Notes under the pieces: generated by a model
Database searches by the model: none
The model's input: the letters and a program-made list of their open reading frames with translations, nothing else
What the model was told of the DNA's origin: nothing
Part shown: positions 1 to 7,923 of the stretch, piece by piece
How positions within the stretch are numbered: position 1 is the stretch's first letter
Layout: each line of letters starts with the position of its first letter
Translations under genes and position numbers: made by a program
Source: Candidatus Methylomirabilota bacterium
Lineage (GTDB): Bacteria > Methylomirabilota > Methylomirabilia > Rokubacteriales > CSP1-6
Direction of reading: 5' to 3'
DNA length: 13,890 nucleotides
Assembly (NCBI GenBank): GCA_046726415.1
Contig: JBKPAK010000273.1
Span: 1-13,890 of the forward strand

Positions 1-1
1 G

Positions 2-1639
2 GCTCGCACCTACGCCTTCCCCGACTGGAAGCCGATCGTGACCCGGGACCGCGCCCGCTGGGACGAGGCGCGCACTCGGGCGCGGGGCGGTCCACGTGTG
101 CTGATCGCGACTGGCGTCGGCGGGCACCCCGGGCCGGTGACTCTCGAGAGCCTTCTCGCCGTGGCCCTCACCCTCCGCGGAGCAGATGTGCACATCCTGC
201 TATGCGACCGGCTGCTGCCGGCATGCGAGCTGACCGAGACGACGTGGTTCCCCGACCATCGGCGGTTCGTGCGGGCCGGCCCTCAGGAGAGCCTCTGTCA
301 CGTCTGCTTCGAGCCCGCCCGGCGCGCGTACGCGCCGCTGGGGTTGCCCATCCACCTGTACGGAGGTCTGGTCGCCGCCACGGAGCAGGCCGAAGTCGAC
401 GAGCTCGCGGCCACCTTAAGCCGCGCGGAGATCGAGCGCTACGTGCGAGACGGGATCGCCGTGGGAGAGCACGCGGTGGCGGGGGCCATGCGGTTCTACG
501 CGCGCGGCACGCTGGACGGCGAGCCCCACGCCGATGCCGTGCTGCGCCGGTACTTCCGCGCGGCCCTGCTCACCACCGTCGCCGTGCGCCGCCTCTTTGC
601 GGCGTCGCCCTTCGAGGCGGTGGTGTCCCAGCACGGCATCTACGTGCCGCAGGGCCTGGTCGGCGAGACGGCGCGCCACGCCGGCGTGCGCGTGGTGAAC
701 TGGAACGAAGCCTACCGGCGGCGCCGCTTCATCTTCAGCCACGGCGACACGTACCACCGGACGATCATGGCCGAGCCCACGGCGAGCTGGGAGCGCCTCG
801 AATGGACGCCCCGGCTCGAGCGGGACGTGATGGCGTATCTGGATTCCCGCCGCCACGGCCAGCGCGACTGGATCTGGTTCCACGAGCGCCCGGTGGAAGA
901 TGTGGCCGAGATCGCGCGGCGCCTCGGTGTGGACTTCTCGCGGCCCTGCGTCGGCATGCTCACCAACGTCATGTGGGACGCCCAGATCCACTACCCCAGC
1001 AACGCCTTCCGGAGCATGCTCGACTGGACCCTCCAGACCATCGCCTACTTCGAGAAGCGACCCGAGCTGCAGCTGCTGATCCGCGTCCATCCCGCGGAGA
1101 TTCGGGGGACGCTGCCCTCGCGGCAGCCGATCGTGGCGGAAATCCGGCAACACTATCCGACGCTTCCACGCAACGTGTTCCTCATCGGTCCCGAGGATCC
1201 CATCAGCACGTATGCCACCATGCTCGAGTGCGACGCGGTCATCATCTACGGGACGAAGACCGGGGTGGAACTGTCGAGCCGGGGAGTGCCGGTGATCGTG
1301 GCTGGCGAGGCCTGGATCCGGGGTAAGGGGGTGACCATGGACGCCTCCACGCCCGAGGACTACTTTCGTCTGCTCGACCAGCTGCCCCTGGGGCGCCGGC
1401 TTCCCGAGGACGTGGTGCGCCGCGCCCGCACGTACGCCTATCACTTTTTCTTCCGCCGGATGATCCCGCTGGAGTTCACTCGGCCGCTCAAGGGCTGGCT
1501 GCCATATCGGCTCGACCTCGAGCGCATCGAGCAGTGCGCGCCGGGGCGGAGCGCCGGTCTCGACGTCATCTGCGACGGGATCCTCAACGGCCGCGCGTTC
1601 ATCTATCCGGAGGAACGGGGTCTCGTCGCCCCCGAGTGA
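2..1639 (+). CDS. Capsule polysaccharide biosynthesis protein, KpsS/KpsC-like GT-B glycosyltransferase; 5' end lies outside the window
   Basis: Frame is open from base 2 (ARTYAFPDWKPIVTR...) to TGA at 1637-1639. C-terminal half has IRVHPAE (HP motif) and GTKTGVELSSRGVPVIVAGEAW, resembling the 'STVGLEA..GKPV..G' segment of Capsule_synth-type proteins. N-terminal C-x6-C-x23-C-x2-C cluster. Confidence 0.75.
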   Translation, partial: ARTYAFPDWKPIVTRDRARWDEARTRARGGPRVLIATGVGGHPGPVTLESLLAVALTLRGADVHILLCDRLLPACELTETTWFPDHRRFVRAGPQESLCHVCFEPARRAYAPLGLPIHLYGGLVAATEQAEVDELAATLSRAEIERYVRDGIAVGEHAVAGAMRFYARGTLDGEPHADAVLRRYFRAALLTTVAVRRLFAASPFEAVVSQHGIYVPQGLVGETARHAGVRVVNWNEAYRRRRFIFSHGDTYHRTIMAEPTASWERLEWTPRLERDVMAYLDSRRHGQRDWIWFHERPVEDVAEIARRLGVDFSRPCVGMLTNVMWDAQIHYPSNAFRSMLDWTLQTIAYFEKRPELQLLIRVHPAEIRGTLPSRQPIVAEIRQHYPTLPRNVFLIGPEDPISTYATMLECDAVIIYGTKTGVELSSRGVPVIVAGEAWIRGKGVTMDASTPEDYFRLLDQLPLGRRLPEDVVRRARTYAYHFFFRRMIPLEFTRPLKGWLPYRLDLERIEQCAPGRSAGLDVICDGILNGRAFIYPEERGLVAPE

Positions 1640-1654
1640 GGATCGAGGGCGTGG

Positions 1655-2683
1655 TCAGCTCCGGACGAGTTCGAGCAGCCGTCCGAGCGTCGCGAGGCGT
1701 GCGTCGAGGGTATCGCCGGCCGGCTCGACCCGGAGGGTGGTGATGCCGGCCTGGCGATACGCGTCAAGGCGCCGGCGCACCATCGCCTCCGTCCCGAGGA
1801 GGTTGGTCTTCAGCACCAGCGCGTCGGGGACGCGTGCCACCGCCTCTTCGCGCCGCCCGTCGAGCCAGAGGCGCTGCACCTCGGCGGCGACCTCCTCGTA
1901 GTCTGCCCGCCGGAAGGCATCGTTGTAGAAGTTGTGCTCGCGCGAGCCCATGGCGCCGAGCGTGAAGGCGAGGCCGGGCTTGCGCGGCGGGATCAGCCGC
2001 TCCACGTCGTCGGAAAAGGCCACCACGCCGCCCGCCTGGAGGTCGAGCTGCGCGAGCGACCGGCCCGCGCGCGTCGCGCCCGCGGTGAGGGGCTCGAAGA
2101 AGATTCGCGCGTGTTCAGGGATGAACGACGTCCCGAGCCAGCCGTCGGCGATCTCGCCCGTCATCTCGAGGCTCCGCGGCGATAGGGTGGCGAGATAGAT
2201 GGGGATGTCGGCCCGGGGCGGCACTGACGATCGCAGCGCCTTGCCCTCGCCCCCGGGGAGGGGCAGCGTGTATACGCTCCCTTCATAGGTGAGGCGCTCA
2301 CCGCGGACGGCGCGGCGCACGATTTCCACGGTCTCTCGCAGGCGCTGGACCGGCCGCGCGAAGGGAATGCCGTGCCAGCCCTCGATCACTTGAGGGCCAC
2401 TCACGCCGAGCCCGAGATCGAAGCGCCCATTCGACATCGCCGCCAAGGTCATGGCGGTCATCGCGACCAGGGCCGGCGTGCGCGTGCCGGCCTGCATGAT
2501 CCCCGTGCCCAACCGGATGCGCGTGGTGCGAGCGGCCATGAAGGCCAGCGGGGTCGCCGCGTCATGACCCCACGCCTCCGCGGACCACACGGCATCGACA
2601 CCGAGCCGGTCGGCCTCCACCACGTAGGTGCTCGCGCCGGCCCAGTCATCGTGGGCGAGCCGGAGCGAGATGGCCACACGCAT
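1655..2683 (-). CDS. Luciferase-like (LLM) oxidoreductase, Rv3520c-like, probably F420-dependent (342 aa)
   Basis: Start reassigned to ATG at 2683 (MRVAISLRL...), which overlaps the upstream stop (TGATG). Motifs WSAEAWGHDA, RIRLGTGIMQ..RTP, GRFDLGLGVSGPQVIEGWHG, EIADGWL and GAMGS...NFY closely match the Rv3520c-type LLM family as I recall it. Confidence 0.88.
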   Translation of the reverse strand: MRVAISLRLAHDDWAGASTYVVEADRLGVDAVWSAEAWGHDAATPLAFMAARTTRIRLGTGIMQAGTRTPALVAMTAMTLAAMSNGRFDLGLGVSGPQVIEGWHGIPFARPVQRLRETVEIVRRAVRGERLTYEGSVYTLPLPGGEGKALRSSVPPRADIPIYLATLSPRSLEMTGEIADGWLGTSFIPEHARIFFEPLTAGATRAGRSLAQLDLQAGGVVAFSDDVERLIPPRKPGLAFTLGAMGSREHNFYNDAFRRADYEEVAAEVQRLWLDGRREEAVARVPDALVLKTNLLGTEAMVRRRLDAYRQAGITTLRVEPAGDTLDARLATLGRLLELVRS

Positions 2684-3204
2684 CACGCGTGAGATCCGGC
2701 CAGGGCGCCGGCGATGCGCTCGAGCTGGCCGACGTGGTCGAGGTCGTGCAGTCGGAGGAAGAGCAGCGTCTCTCGCCAGTTGAGCGAGCCGAACATGCCG
2801 TGGTCGATGGGAGCCTCGAGCCGCACATCCGGGTTGGCCCGCCGGACTCGCTGGAACAGCTCGCCGCGGTCGCGGTCCAGGATGGCCCACCATTCGGCGG
2901 CCGTACCCCGCGGCGCGGGCTCTTCGCGGGGGCTCCGGCCAATCTCGCCGCGTGGCCGGTCCTCCAGGATGGCCAGAATCGCGTCGCCGAACCGGCGCCC
3001 CGCCGACACGACGTGGGCCATGACCTCGGTGGCGCTCCACTCGTCCGGAGCTGGCCGCTCGTCGAAGCGCCCCGCCGGCACGGCGTCGGCCGCCGCGCGG
3101 AGCTGTGCCATCGCCGCCTGGACCTTGTCGATGATCTCGAGGGGCGAGAGCTTCGCCCCCTGCGCCTGCAAGTAGCTCCGGATCCGCCGCTCTTCGTCAG
3201 TCAT
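2683..3204 (-). CDS. DinB/YfiT superfamily protein (173 aa)
   Basis: ATG at 3204 preceded by a strong SD (GGAGGAGG). Motifs RPAPDEWSATEVMAHV, HGMFGSLNW and LRLHDLDHVGQL give the WS...H plus H-x3-H metal triad typical of DinB four-helix-bundle proteins. Confidence 0.87.
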   Translation of the reverse strand: MTDEERRIRSYLQAQGAKLSPLEIIDKVQAAMAQLRAAADAVPAGRFDERPAPDEWSATEVMAHVVSAGRRFGDAILAILEDRPRGEIGRSPREEPAPRGTAAEWWAILDRDRGELFQRVRRANPDVRLEAPIDHGMFGSLNWRETLLFLRLHDLDHVGQLERIAGALAGSHA

Positions 3205-3299
3205 AAGCCTCCTCCATGAGGTGCACACGACACGTTACTCGACTTCTGTCTCGAGTGCCGTGGGGCCTCGGCCTGATTGATGGCCTGGCCGTACGTCTC

Positions 3300-3308
3300 T
3301 GCTAGAAT
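3300..3308 (+). promoter_or_regulatory. Putative extended -10 promoter (TGcTAGAAT) for dapL
   Basis: TG-n-TAGAAT lies 30 nt upstream of the dapL GTG, followed by SD GGGAGG at about 3327-3332. AT-rich hexamer in a GC-rich context. Confidence 0.5.
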
Positions 3309-3338
3309 TCGCGCACGCATTGCCGCGGGAGGCACGCC

Positions 3339-4577
3339 GTGCCGAGGATCAACGATCACTATCTGAACCTGCAGGCCAGCTACCTGTTCGCCGAGATCAA
3401 GCGGCGGACGGCGGCGTTCCGCGAGGCCCATCCCGAGGCCCGGGTGATCTCGCTGGGCATCGGCGACGTCACTCAGCCATTGCCCCCCGCGGTCATTCGG
3501 GCCCTCCAGGACGCGGCCGGCGAGATGGCGAAGGCCGAGACGTTCAAGGGCTACGGCCCCTACGTCGGCTACGACTTCCTGCGCGCCGAGATCGCCGCCC
3601 ACGACTTCGGCGCCCGCGGCGTGCCCCTCGACGTCGAGGAGGTTTTCGTGAGCGACGGCGGCAAGAGCGACAGCGCCAACCTGCAGGAGATCTTCGCCGA
3701 GGACTGCGTGGTGGCGCTGATGGATCCCGCCTACCCCGTGTACGCCGACAGCAACGTGATCGCGGGGCGGTCGGGCCCCGCCGACGAGAGCGGTCGCTAC
3801 GCGGGGATCGTGTATCTGCCGTGCACGGCGGAAAACGATTTCCAGCCGGCGCTTCCGGATCGGCGCGTTGACCTCATCTACCTCTGCTACCCCAACAATC
3901 CTACCGGCGCCGTGATGACGCGCGCCGCCCTCTCCCGCTGGATCGAGTACGCCCGCGCCCACGAGGCGACTATCCTGTATGACGCCGCGTACGAGGCCTA
4001 TATCCGCGATCCCGAAATCCCCCACTCGATCTACGAAATCGAGGGGGCGCGCGAGGTGGCCATCGAGTGTCGCAGCTTTTCCAAGAGCGCCGGCTTCACG
4101 GGCATGCGGCTCGCCTATACTGTGGTGCCGCGCGAGGCGCGGGGGCGCACCGCGCAGGGCGAGACGGTGAGCCTGAACGCGCTGTGGCTGCGCCGCACGT
4201 CGACCAAGTCCAACGGGCCTCCGTACGTCATCCAGAAGGCAGCCGCTGCCGTGTACACGCCGGACGGGCAGAAGCAGGTGCGCGAGCTGATCGATTACTA
4301 CATGGACAACGCGCGCATCATCCAACGGGGACTGTCGGAGGCCGGGCTCACCGTCTACGGTGGGCGCAACGCGCCCTACATCTGGGTCCGCACACCTCCC
4401 GGTCTGTCATCCTGGGACTTCTTCGACAAAATCCTGACCGAAGCGCACGTGGTGGGCGCGCCCGGCTCGGGCTTCGGGCCGAGCGGGGAAGGGTACTTTC
4501 GGCTGACCGCCTTCGGATCCCGCGCGATGACCGAGGAGGCGGTCGGGCGGATCGCCACAGGTATGCGAGGCTTATGA
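3339..4577 (+). CDS. dapL: LL-diaminopimelate aminotransferase (PLP-dependent, class I/II), 412 aa
   Basis: Characteristic DapL motifs: [69 protein letters not shown] (PLP lysine), [34 protein letters not shown] before GTG. Confidence 0.95.
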   Translation: MPRINDHYLNLQASYLFAEIKRRTAAFREAHPEARVISLGIGDVTQPLPPAVIRALQDAAGEMAKAETFKGYGPYVGYDFLRAEIAAHDFGARGVPLDVEEVFVSDGGKSDSANLQEIFAEDCVVALMDPAYPVYADSNVIAGRSGPADESGRYAGIVYLPCTAENDFQPALPDRRVDLIYLCYPNNPTGAVMTRAALSRWIEYARAHEATILYDAAYEAYIRDPEIPHSIYEIEGAREVAIECRSFSKSAGFTGMRLAYTVVPREARGRTAQGETVSLNALWLRRTSTKSNGPPYVIQKAAAAVYTPDGQKQVRELIDYYMDNARIIQRGLSEAGLTVYGGRNAPYIWVRTPPGLSSWDFFDKILTEAHVVGAPGSGFGPSGEGYFRLTAFGSRAMTEEAVGRIATGMRGL

Positions 4578-5060
4578 GCGGCGCGCGTGATCAGCTGACG
4601 GGTGGCGGACCGGCATCAGCAACGCCCCGATGACCCGGCACAACGTCACCGGATCCACCGGCTTGACCTGATGGCTGTCGAAACCCGCGGCGATCGCGCG
4701 CTCCACGTCTTCGCGCCCGGCCCAGGCGGTCAGCGCCATGGCGGGCACGCGCGCAAACCCGCTGGCCCGTTCGCGAGCGCGGATCCGGCGGATCAGCTCA
4801 TAGCCGTCCACCACCGGCATGCCGATGTCACTGATGATGAGGTGCGGATGGAAGGAGGCAAGGACGTCGAGGGCGGCCTGGGCGGAGTCCGCAGCGCACA
4901 CCTCGGCGCCCGCTATCTCCAGAACGATCGAGAGCAGCTCCCGCGAATCCGCCTGGTCTTCGACGAGAAGAATCCGAAAACCTCGCAGGTCGGGGGCCCC
5001 GAGGGGCCGGTCGCGTGCGTGACGATCGCGCCCGAGTTCATCGGATGGGTCGTAGGGCAT
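4572..5060 (-). CDS. Stand-alone response regulator receiver (REC, CheY-like) protein; start uncertain (ATG 5060 or GTG 5099)
   Basis: RILLVEDQ (acidic pocket), [12 protein letters not shown] (phospho-acceptor Asp), ALTAW (Thr) and HQVKPV (Lys-Pro) are all intact. No output domain. In-frame TAG at 5114-5112 bounds the ORF upstream. Confidence 0.85.
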   Translation of the reverse strand: MPYDPSDELGRDRHARDRPLGAPDLRGFRILLVEDQADSRELLSIVLEIAGAEVCAADSAQAALDVLASFHPHLIISDIGMPVVDGYELIRRIRARERASGFARVPAMALTAWAGREDVERAIAAGFDSHQVKPVDPVTLCRVIGALLMPVRHPSADHARRS

Positions 5061-5231
5061 GGCGTCATGTCGCGGTCCGTCGCCGTACCTCACGGGCACC
5101 GGGCCCGCAAACTACCTTGGGTCCTTGCAGGGCTGCTGCCATGGACTGTGCGCTGCGATGCCGGGGTCGACTTCCGGCTGGGACACCGGTATTGCGGTTC
5201 CTGGCCGTGGCGCGCATCTGGCAGGCATTTT

Positions 5232-5249
5232 CTTCAAAGCATTTTGAAG
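5232..5249. promoter_or_regulatory. Palindrome CTTCAAA-gcat-TTTGAAG, candidate transcription-factor operator
   Basis: Perfect 7-4-7 inverted repeat within an AT-rich patch of the divergent intergenic region between the REC gene and the ADH gene. Confidence 0.45.
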
Positions 5250-5331
5250 CATTGGCATCCGTCAATCCCGTCGGTCGTCGCACGGTTCCGCATGCCTACC
5301 CGAGCCCCCCGCGAAAACAAAGGAGATACCC

Positions 5332-6408
5332 ATGAAAGCTGCCGTGTTCCACGGACCTCACCAGTTGTTGACCATCGAGGAAGTGGATATCGCGAAGCCC
5401 ATTGCACGCGAGGTGCTCGTGCGGACCGTGGCGAGCGGGGTGTGCCACAGCGACCTCCACTTCGTCGATGGTTTCTATCCGTTCCCGACTCCGGCCGTGC
5501 TGGGCCACGAGGCGGCGGGCATCGTCGAGGCGGTGGGGCCGCACGTCGCGGAGTTCAAGCCGGGCGATCACGTGATCGCCTGTCTCTCCGTCTTCTGTGG
5601 GCACTGCAGCTATTGTCTGACCGGGCGAACCCACCTCTGCCAGTCCCGGCCGGTCCGATCTCCCCAGGAGCCGCCAAAGTTGAGCTGGAAGGGCGCCCCG
5701 GTGAACCAGTTCGCGAATCTGTCGGCCTACGCGGAGCGGATGCTCGTCCACGAGAATGCGCTGGTGAAAGTGCGGGATGAGATGCCACTCGATCGCGGGG
5801 CGTTGATCGGGTGTGGCGTGACGACCGGCGTGGGGGCGGTGCTCAACACGGCCCGCGTCGAGGCCGGGGCCACCGTGGCCGTGTTCGGCGCGGGTGGTGT
5901 GGGCCTTGCCGTGATCCAGGGTGCGCGCATCGCGGGGGCCGGCATGATCATCGCGGTCGACGTCTTCGAGCGCAAGCTGGTGCAGGCCAAGGAGCTGGGC
6001 GCGACTCACGCGGTCGATGCGTCGGCTGGAGATCCGGTCAAGGCGATCCGGGAGCTCACGGGTGGTGGGGTCGAGTACGCCTTCGAGGCCATCGGACTCA
6101 AGAAAGCCGCGGAGCAAGCGTTCGAATGCATCCGACCGGGTGGCACGGCGACGATCATCGGCATGATTCCCGTCGGGCAGAAGATCGAGCTGGAGGGCAG
6201 CGTCTTCCTGCGCGAGAAGCGCATCCAAGGCTGCAGTATGGGCTCCAACCGCTTCAAGGTCGACATGCCGAAGTACGTCGACTTTTATCTCCAGGGCCGC
6301 CTGCGCCTCGACGAGATGATCACCCGGCGCGGCCGTCTCGAAGATGTGAACGACGCGTTTCGCGCCATGAAGGCCGGCGAGGTCGCCCGCACCGTGCTGA
6401 TGTTTTGA
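5332..6408 (+). CDS. Zn-dependent alcohol dehydrogenase (MDR family, class-III/formaldehyde dehydrogenase-like), 358 aa
   Basis: SD AGGAG at 5321-5325. Catalytic Zn ligands in GVCHSD, LGHEAAG and LIGCGVTTG; structural Zn CGHCSYC-x7-C; Rossmann GAGGVG followed by AVD (Asp suggests NAD preference). Confidence 0.93.
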   Translation: MKAAVFHGPHQLLTIEEVDIAKPIAREVLVRTVASGVCHSDLHFVDGFYPFPTPAVLGHEAAGIVEAVGPHVAEFKPGDHVIACLSVFCGHCSYCLTGRTHLCQSRPVRSPQEPPKLSWKGAPVNQFANLSAYAERMLVHENALVKVRDEMPLDRGALIGCGVTTGVGAVLNTARVEAGATVAVFGAGGVGLAVIQGARIAGAGMIIAVDVFERKLVQAKELGATHAVDASAGDPVKAIRELTGGGVEYAFEAIGLKKAAEQAFECIRPGGTATIIGMIPVGQKIELEGSVFLREKRIQGCSMGSNRFKVDMPKYVDFYLQGRLRLDEMITRRGRLEDVNDAFRAMKAGEVARTVLMF

Positions 6409-6424
6409 TCGCGATGGGATTCGA

Positions 6425-6502
6425 CGTCGGGGCGAGCGAGCGCCGCTCCCCCCGACGCCCCCCACCGCCATCGCGGCGACGGGCGAGGGGGGCGTTCGCT
6501 CG
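6425..6502. repeat. GC-rich multi-hairpin inverted-repeat element (REP-like or terminator/stabiliser) downstream of the ADH gene
   Basis: 6425-6438 pairs with 6444-6457 (14 bp, 1 mismatch, 5-nt loop). 6455-6463 pairs perfectly with 6487-6495. 6433-6444 can alternatively pair with 6491-6502 (one G-U). No U-tract follows. Confidence 0.55.
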
Positions 6503-6575
6503 GGCCCGCCTCGTCAACGGCTCGGCGGCACCTCGAGCGTGGCCCCTTGTGGACACCAGACGCGTCGCCCTGGCC

Positions 6576-6605
6576 TTGACAAGCCGCGACTCCGAGACCT
6601 ACTGT
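6576..6605 (+). promoter_or_regulatory. Putative sigma70 promoter TTGACA-N18-TACTGT for the ABC operon
   Basis: Consensus -35 TTGACA at 6576-6581, 18-nt spacer, TANNNT-type -10 at 6600-6605, 40 nt upstream of ATG 6646. Confidence 0.65.
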
Positions 6606-6645
6606 CGCCACACTTGCCCCACGGTGAAGCCAAGTGGAGGTGCTC

Positions 6646-7920
6646 ATGAGCACGCGCCGTGAGTTTCTGACCGTAACGATGGCCGCCTGCGCCAGCGGCG
6701 CCCTGGCGCCGTGGCCTGCCGCCGCCGCGCCAAAGTCCATGACCGTCCTTCACGAGAGCTCGTTCATCAAGGCCTTCGACGAGTTTTTCGTGAAAAAGCT
6801 CGCCCCGGAGTACGAGAAGTTGACGGGCATCAAGATCAATTATGAGCCAGTCAGCGTGGGCAGCCTCCTCACCCGGCTCACCACGGTCGCCGAGACGAAG
6901 TCCGGACCCGAGATTCCGGCCACCGGTCTCAACTGGACCTGGCTCTTCGATCAGAGTCTGGTCGACGTGACCGACGTGGCCAACGAGGTCGGCAAGAAGC
7001 TCGGCGGCTGGCACGAGAACGTCACCGACGCCGTGGTGATCAACAAGAAGTGGAAAGCGCTGCCGTGGGGCAATATCGGGCAGCTCTCGGTCTATCGCAC
7101 GGACTGGTTCAAGGAGGTCGGGGTCACCAAGTTCCCCGACACGTGGGAGGAGTTGCTCGTCGTTGGCCGAAAAGTCAAGCAGAAGGGCCATCCGTTCGGC
7201 TTCGAGCTGGGCCACGGCTGGGGCGACAACCACGGCTGGCTCTACCCGCTGCTGTGGTCGTACGGCGGGCGCGAAGTGGACAAAGATGGCAAGACGGTCA
7301 CCCTCGATTCCGACGAAACCGCGAAGGCCGTCGACTTCTGCCGCCGCTTCTACAAGGAGACGATGTTCGAGGACGTGCTCGGCTGGACCGACGTCAACAA
7401 CAACAAGGCCTTCCTCGGCGAGCAGATTTCCTGCACCAACAACGCCTCCAGCATCCTGGTCGTCGCCAAGCGCGACTTTCCGGAGATGGCCAAGGTCATC
7501 GACCACGGTCTGAACCCGCAGGGGCCGAAGGGCCGGTACCACATCCTGAGTCCGCAGTCGCACGGCATCTTCACCTTCGCCCCCGACCCCGCGGCGGCCA
7601 AGGCTTTCCTGCGCTGGCTCTATGACGACAAGCAGCTCTCGGCCTGGCTCGTTTCCGCCGAAGCCTACTACGCGCCGTTCCTTCACGCCTACGACAACCA
7701 TCCGATGTGGAACGCGGAGCCGCGCTACTTGCCCTACAAGGAGTCGCTGAAGACATCGCGCCTCCCCGGCTGGCCGGGGCCGCCGAGTCACGCGATGTCG
7801 GAGAGCATGTCGAAGTACGTCATCGTCGACATGTTCGCCAAGGCGTGTCAGGGATCGTCCACCAAGGAGGTCGTCGCCACCGCAGTCGGGCAGCTGAAGC
7901 AGATCTACAAAGCGAAGTAG
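6646..7920 (+). CDS. CUT1-family (carbohydrate-type) ABC transporter substrate-binding protein with twin-arginine signal peptide (424 aa)
   Basis: SD GGAGG at 6636-6640. N-terminus MSTRREFL + hydrophobic stretch + AAAA (Tat signal). SBP_bac_1-like segments (YEKLTGIKINYE, ALPW....LSVYRTDWFKEVGV..FPDTWEELL). Followed directly by two CUT1 permeases. Confidence 0.9.
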   Translation: MSTRREFLTVTMAACASGALAPWPAAAAPKSMTVLHESSFIKAFDEFFVKKLAPEYEKLTGIKINYEPVSVGSLLTRLTTVAETKSGPEIPATGLNWTWLFDQSLVDVTDVANEVGKKLGGWHENVTDAVVINKKWKALPWGNIGQLSVYRTDWFKEVGVTKFPDTWEELLVVGRKVKQKGHPFGFELGHGWGDNHGWLYPLLWSYGGREVDKDGKTVTLDSDETAKAVDFCRRFYKETMFEDVLGWTDVNNNKAFLGEQISCTNNASSILVVAKRDFPEMAKVIDHGLNPQGPKGRYHILSPQSHGIFTFAPDPAAAKAFLRWLYDDKQLSAWLVSAEAYYAPFLHAYDNHPMWNAEPRYLPYKESLKTSRLPGWPGPPSHAMSESMSKYVIVDMFAKACQGSSTKEVVATAVGQLKQIYKAK

Positions 7921-7923
7921 GGC

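Noticed and set aside
2684..3040. N-terminal extension of the LLM ORF to 3040
   Set aside because: Arg/Pro-rich, overlaps the DinB gene in another frame; the TGATG junction defines the start at 2683. Not a fusion.
3277..3282. TTGATG as -35 for dapL
   Set aside because: Spacer to TAGAAT is 20 nt, too long; the extended -10 is sufficient.
5179..5195. Second sigma54-like motif TGGGACACCGGTATTGC
   Set aside because: GG-to-GC spacing is 11 or more nt rather than the required 10.
4602..5780. 392-aa + strand ORF spanning the REC gene and ADH start; also 202-1326 and 9772-11463
   Set aside because: Composites of antisense, intergenic and off-frame sequence with low-complexity Arg/Ala/Gly composition.
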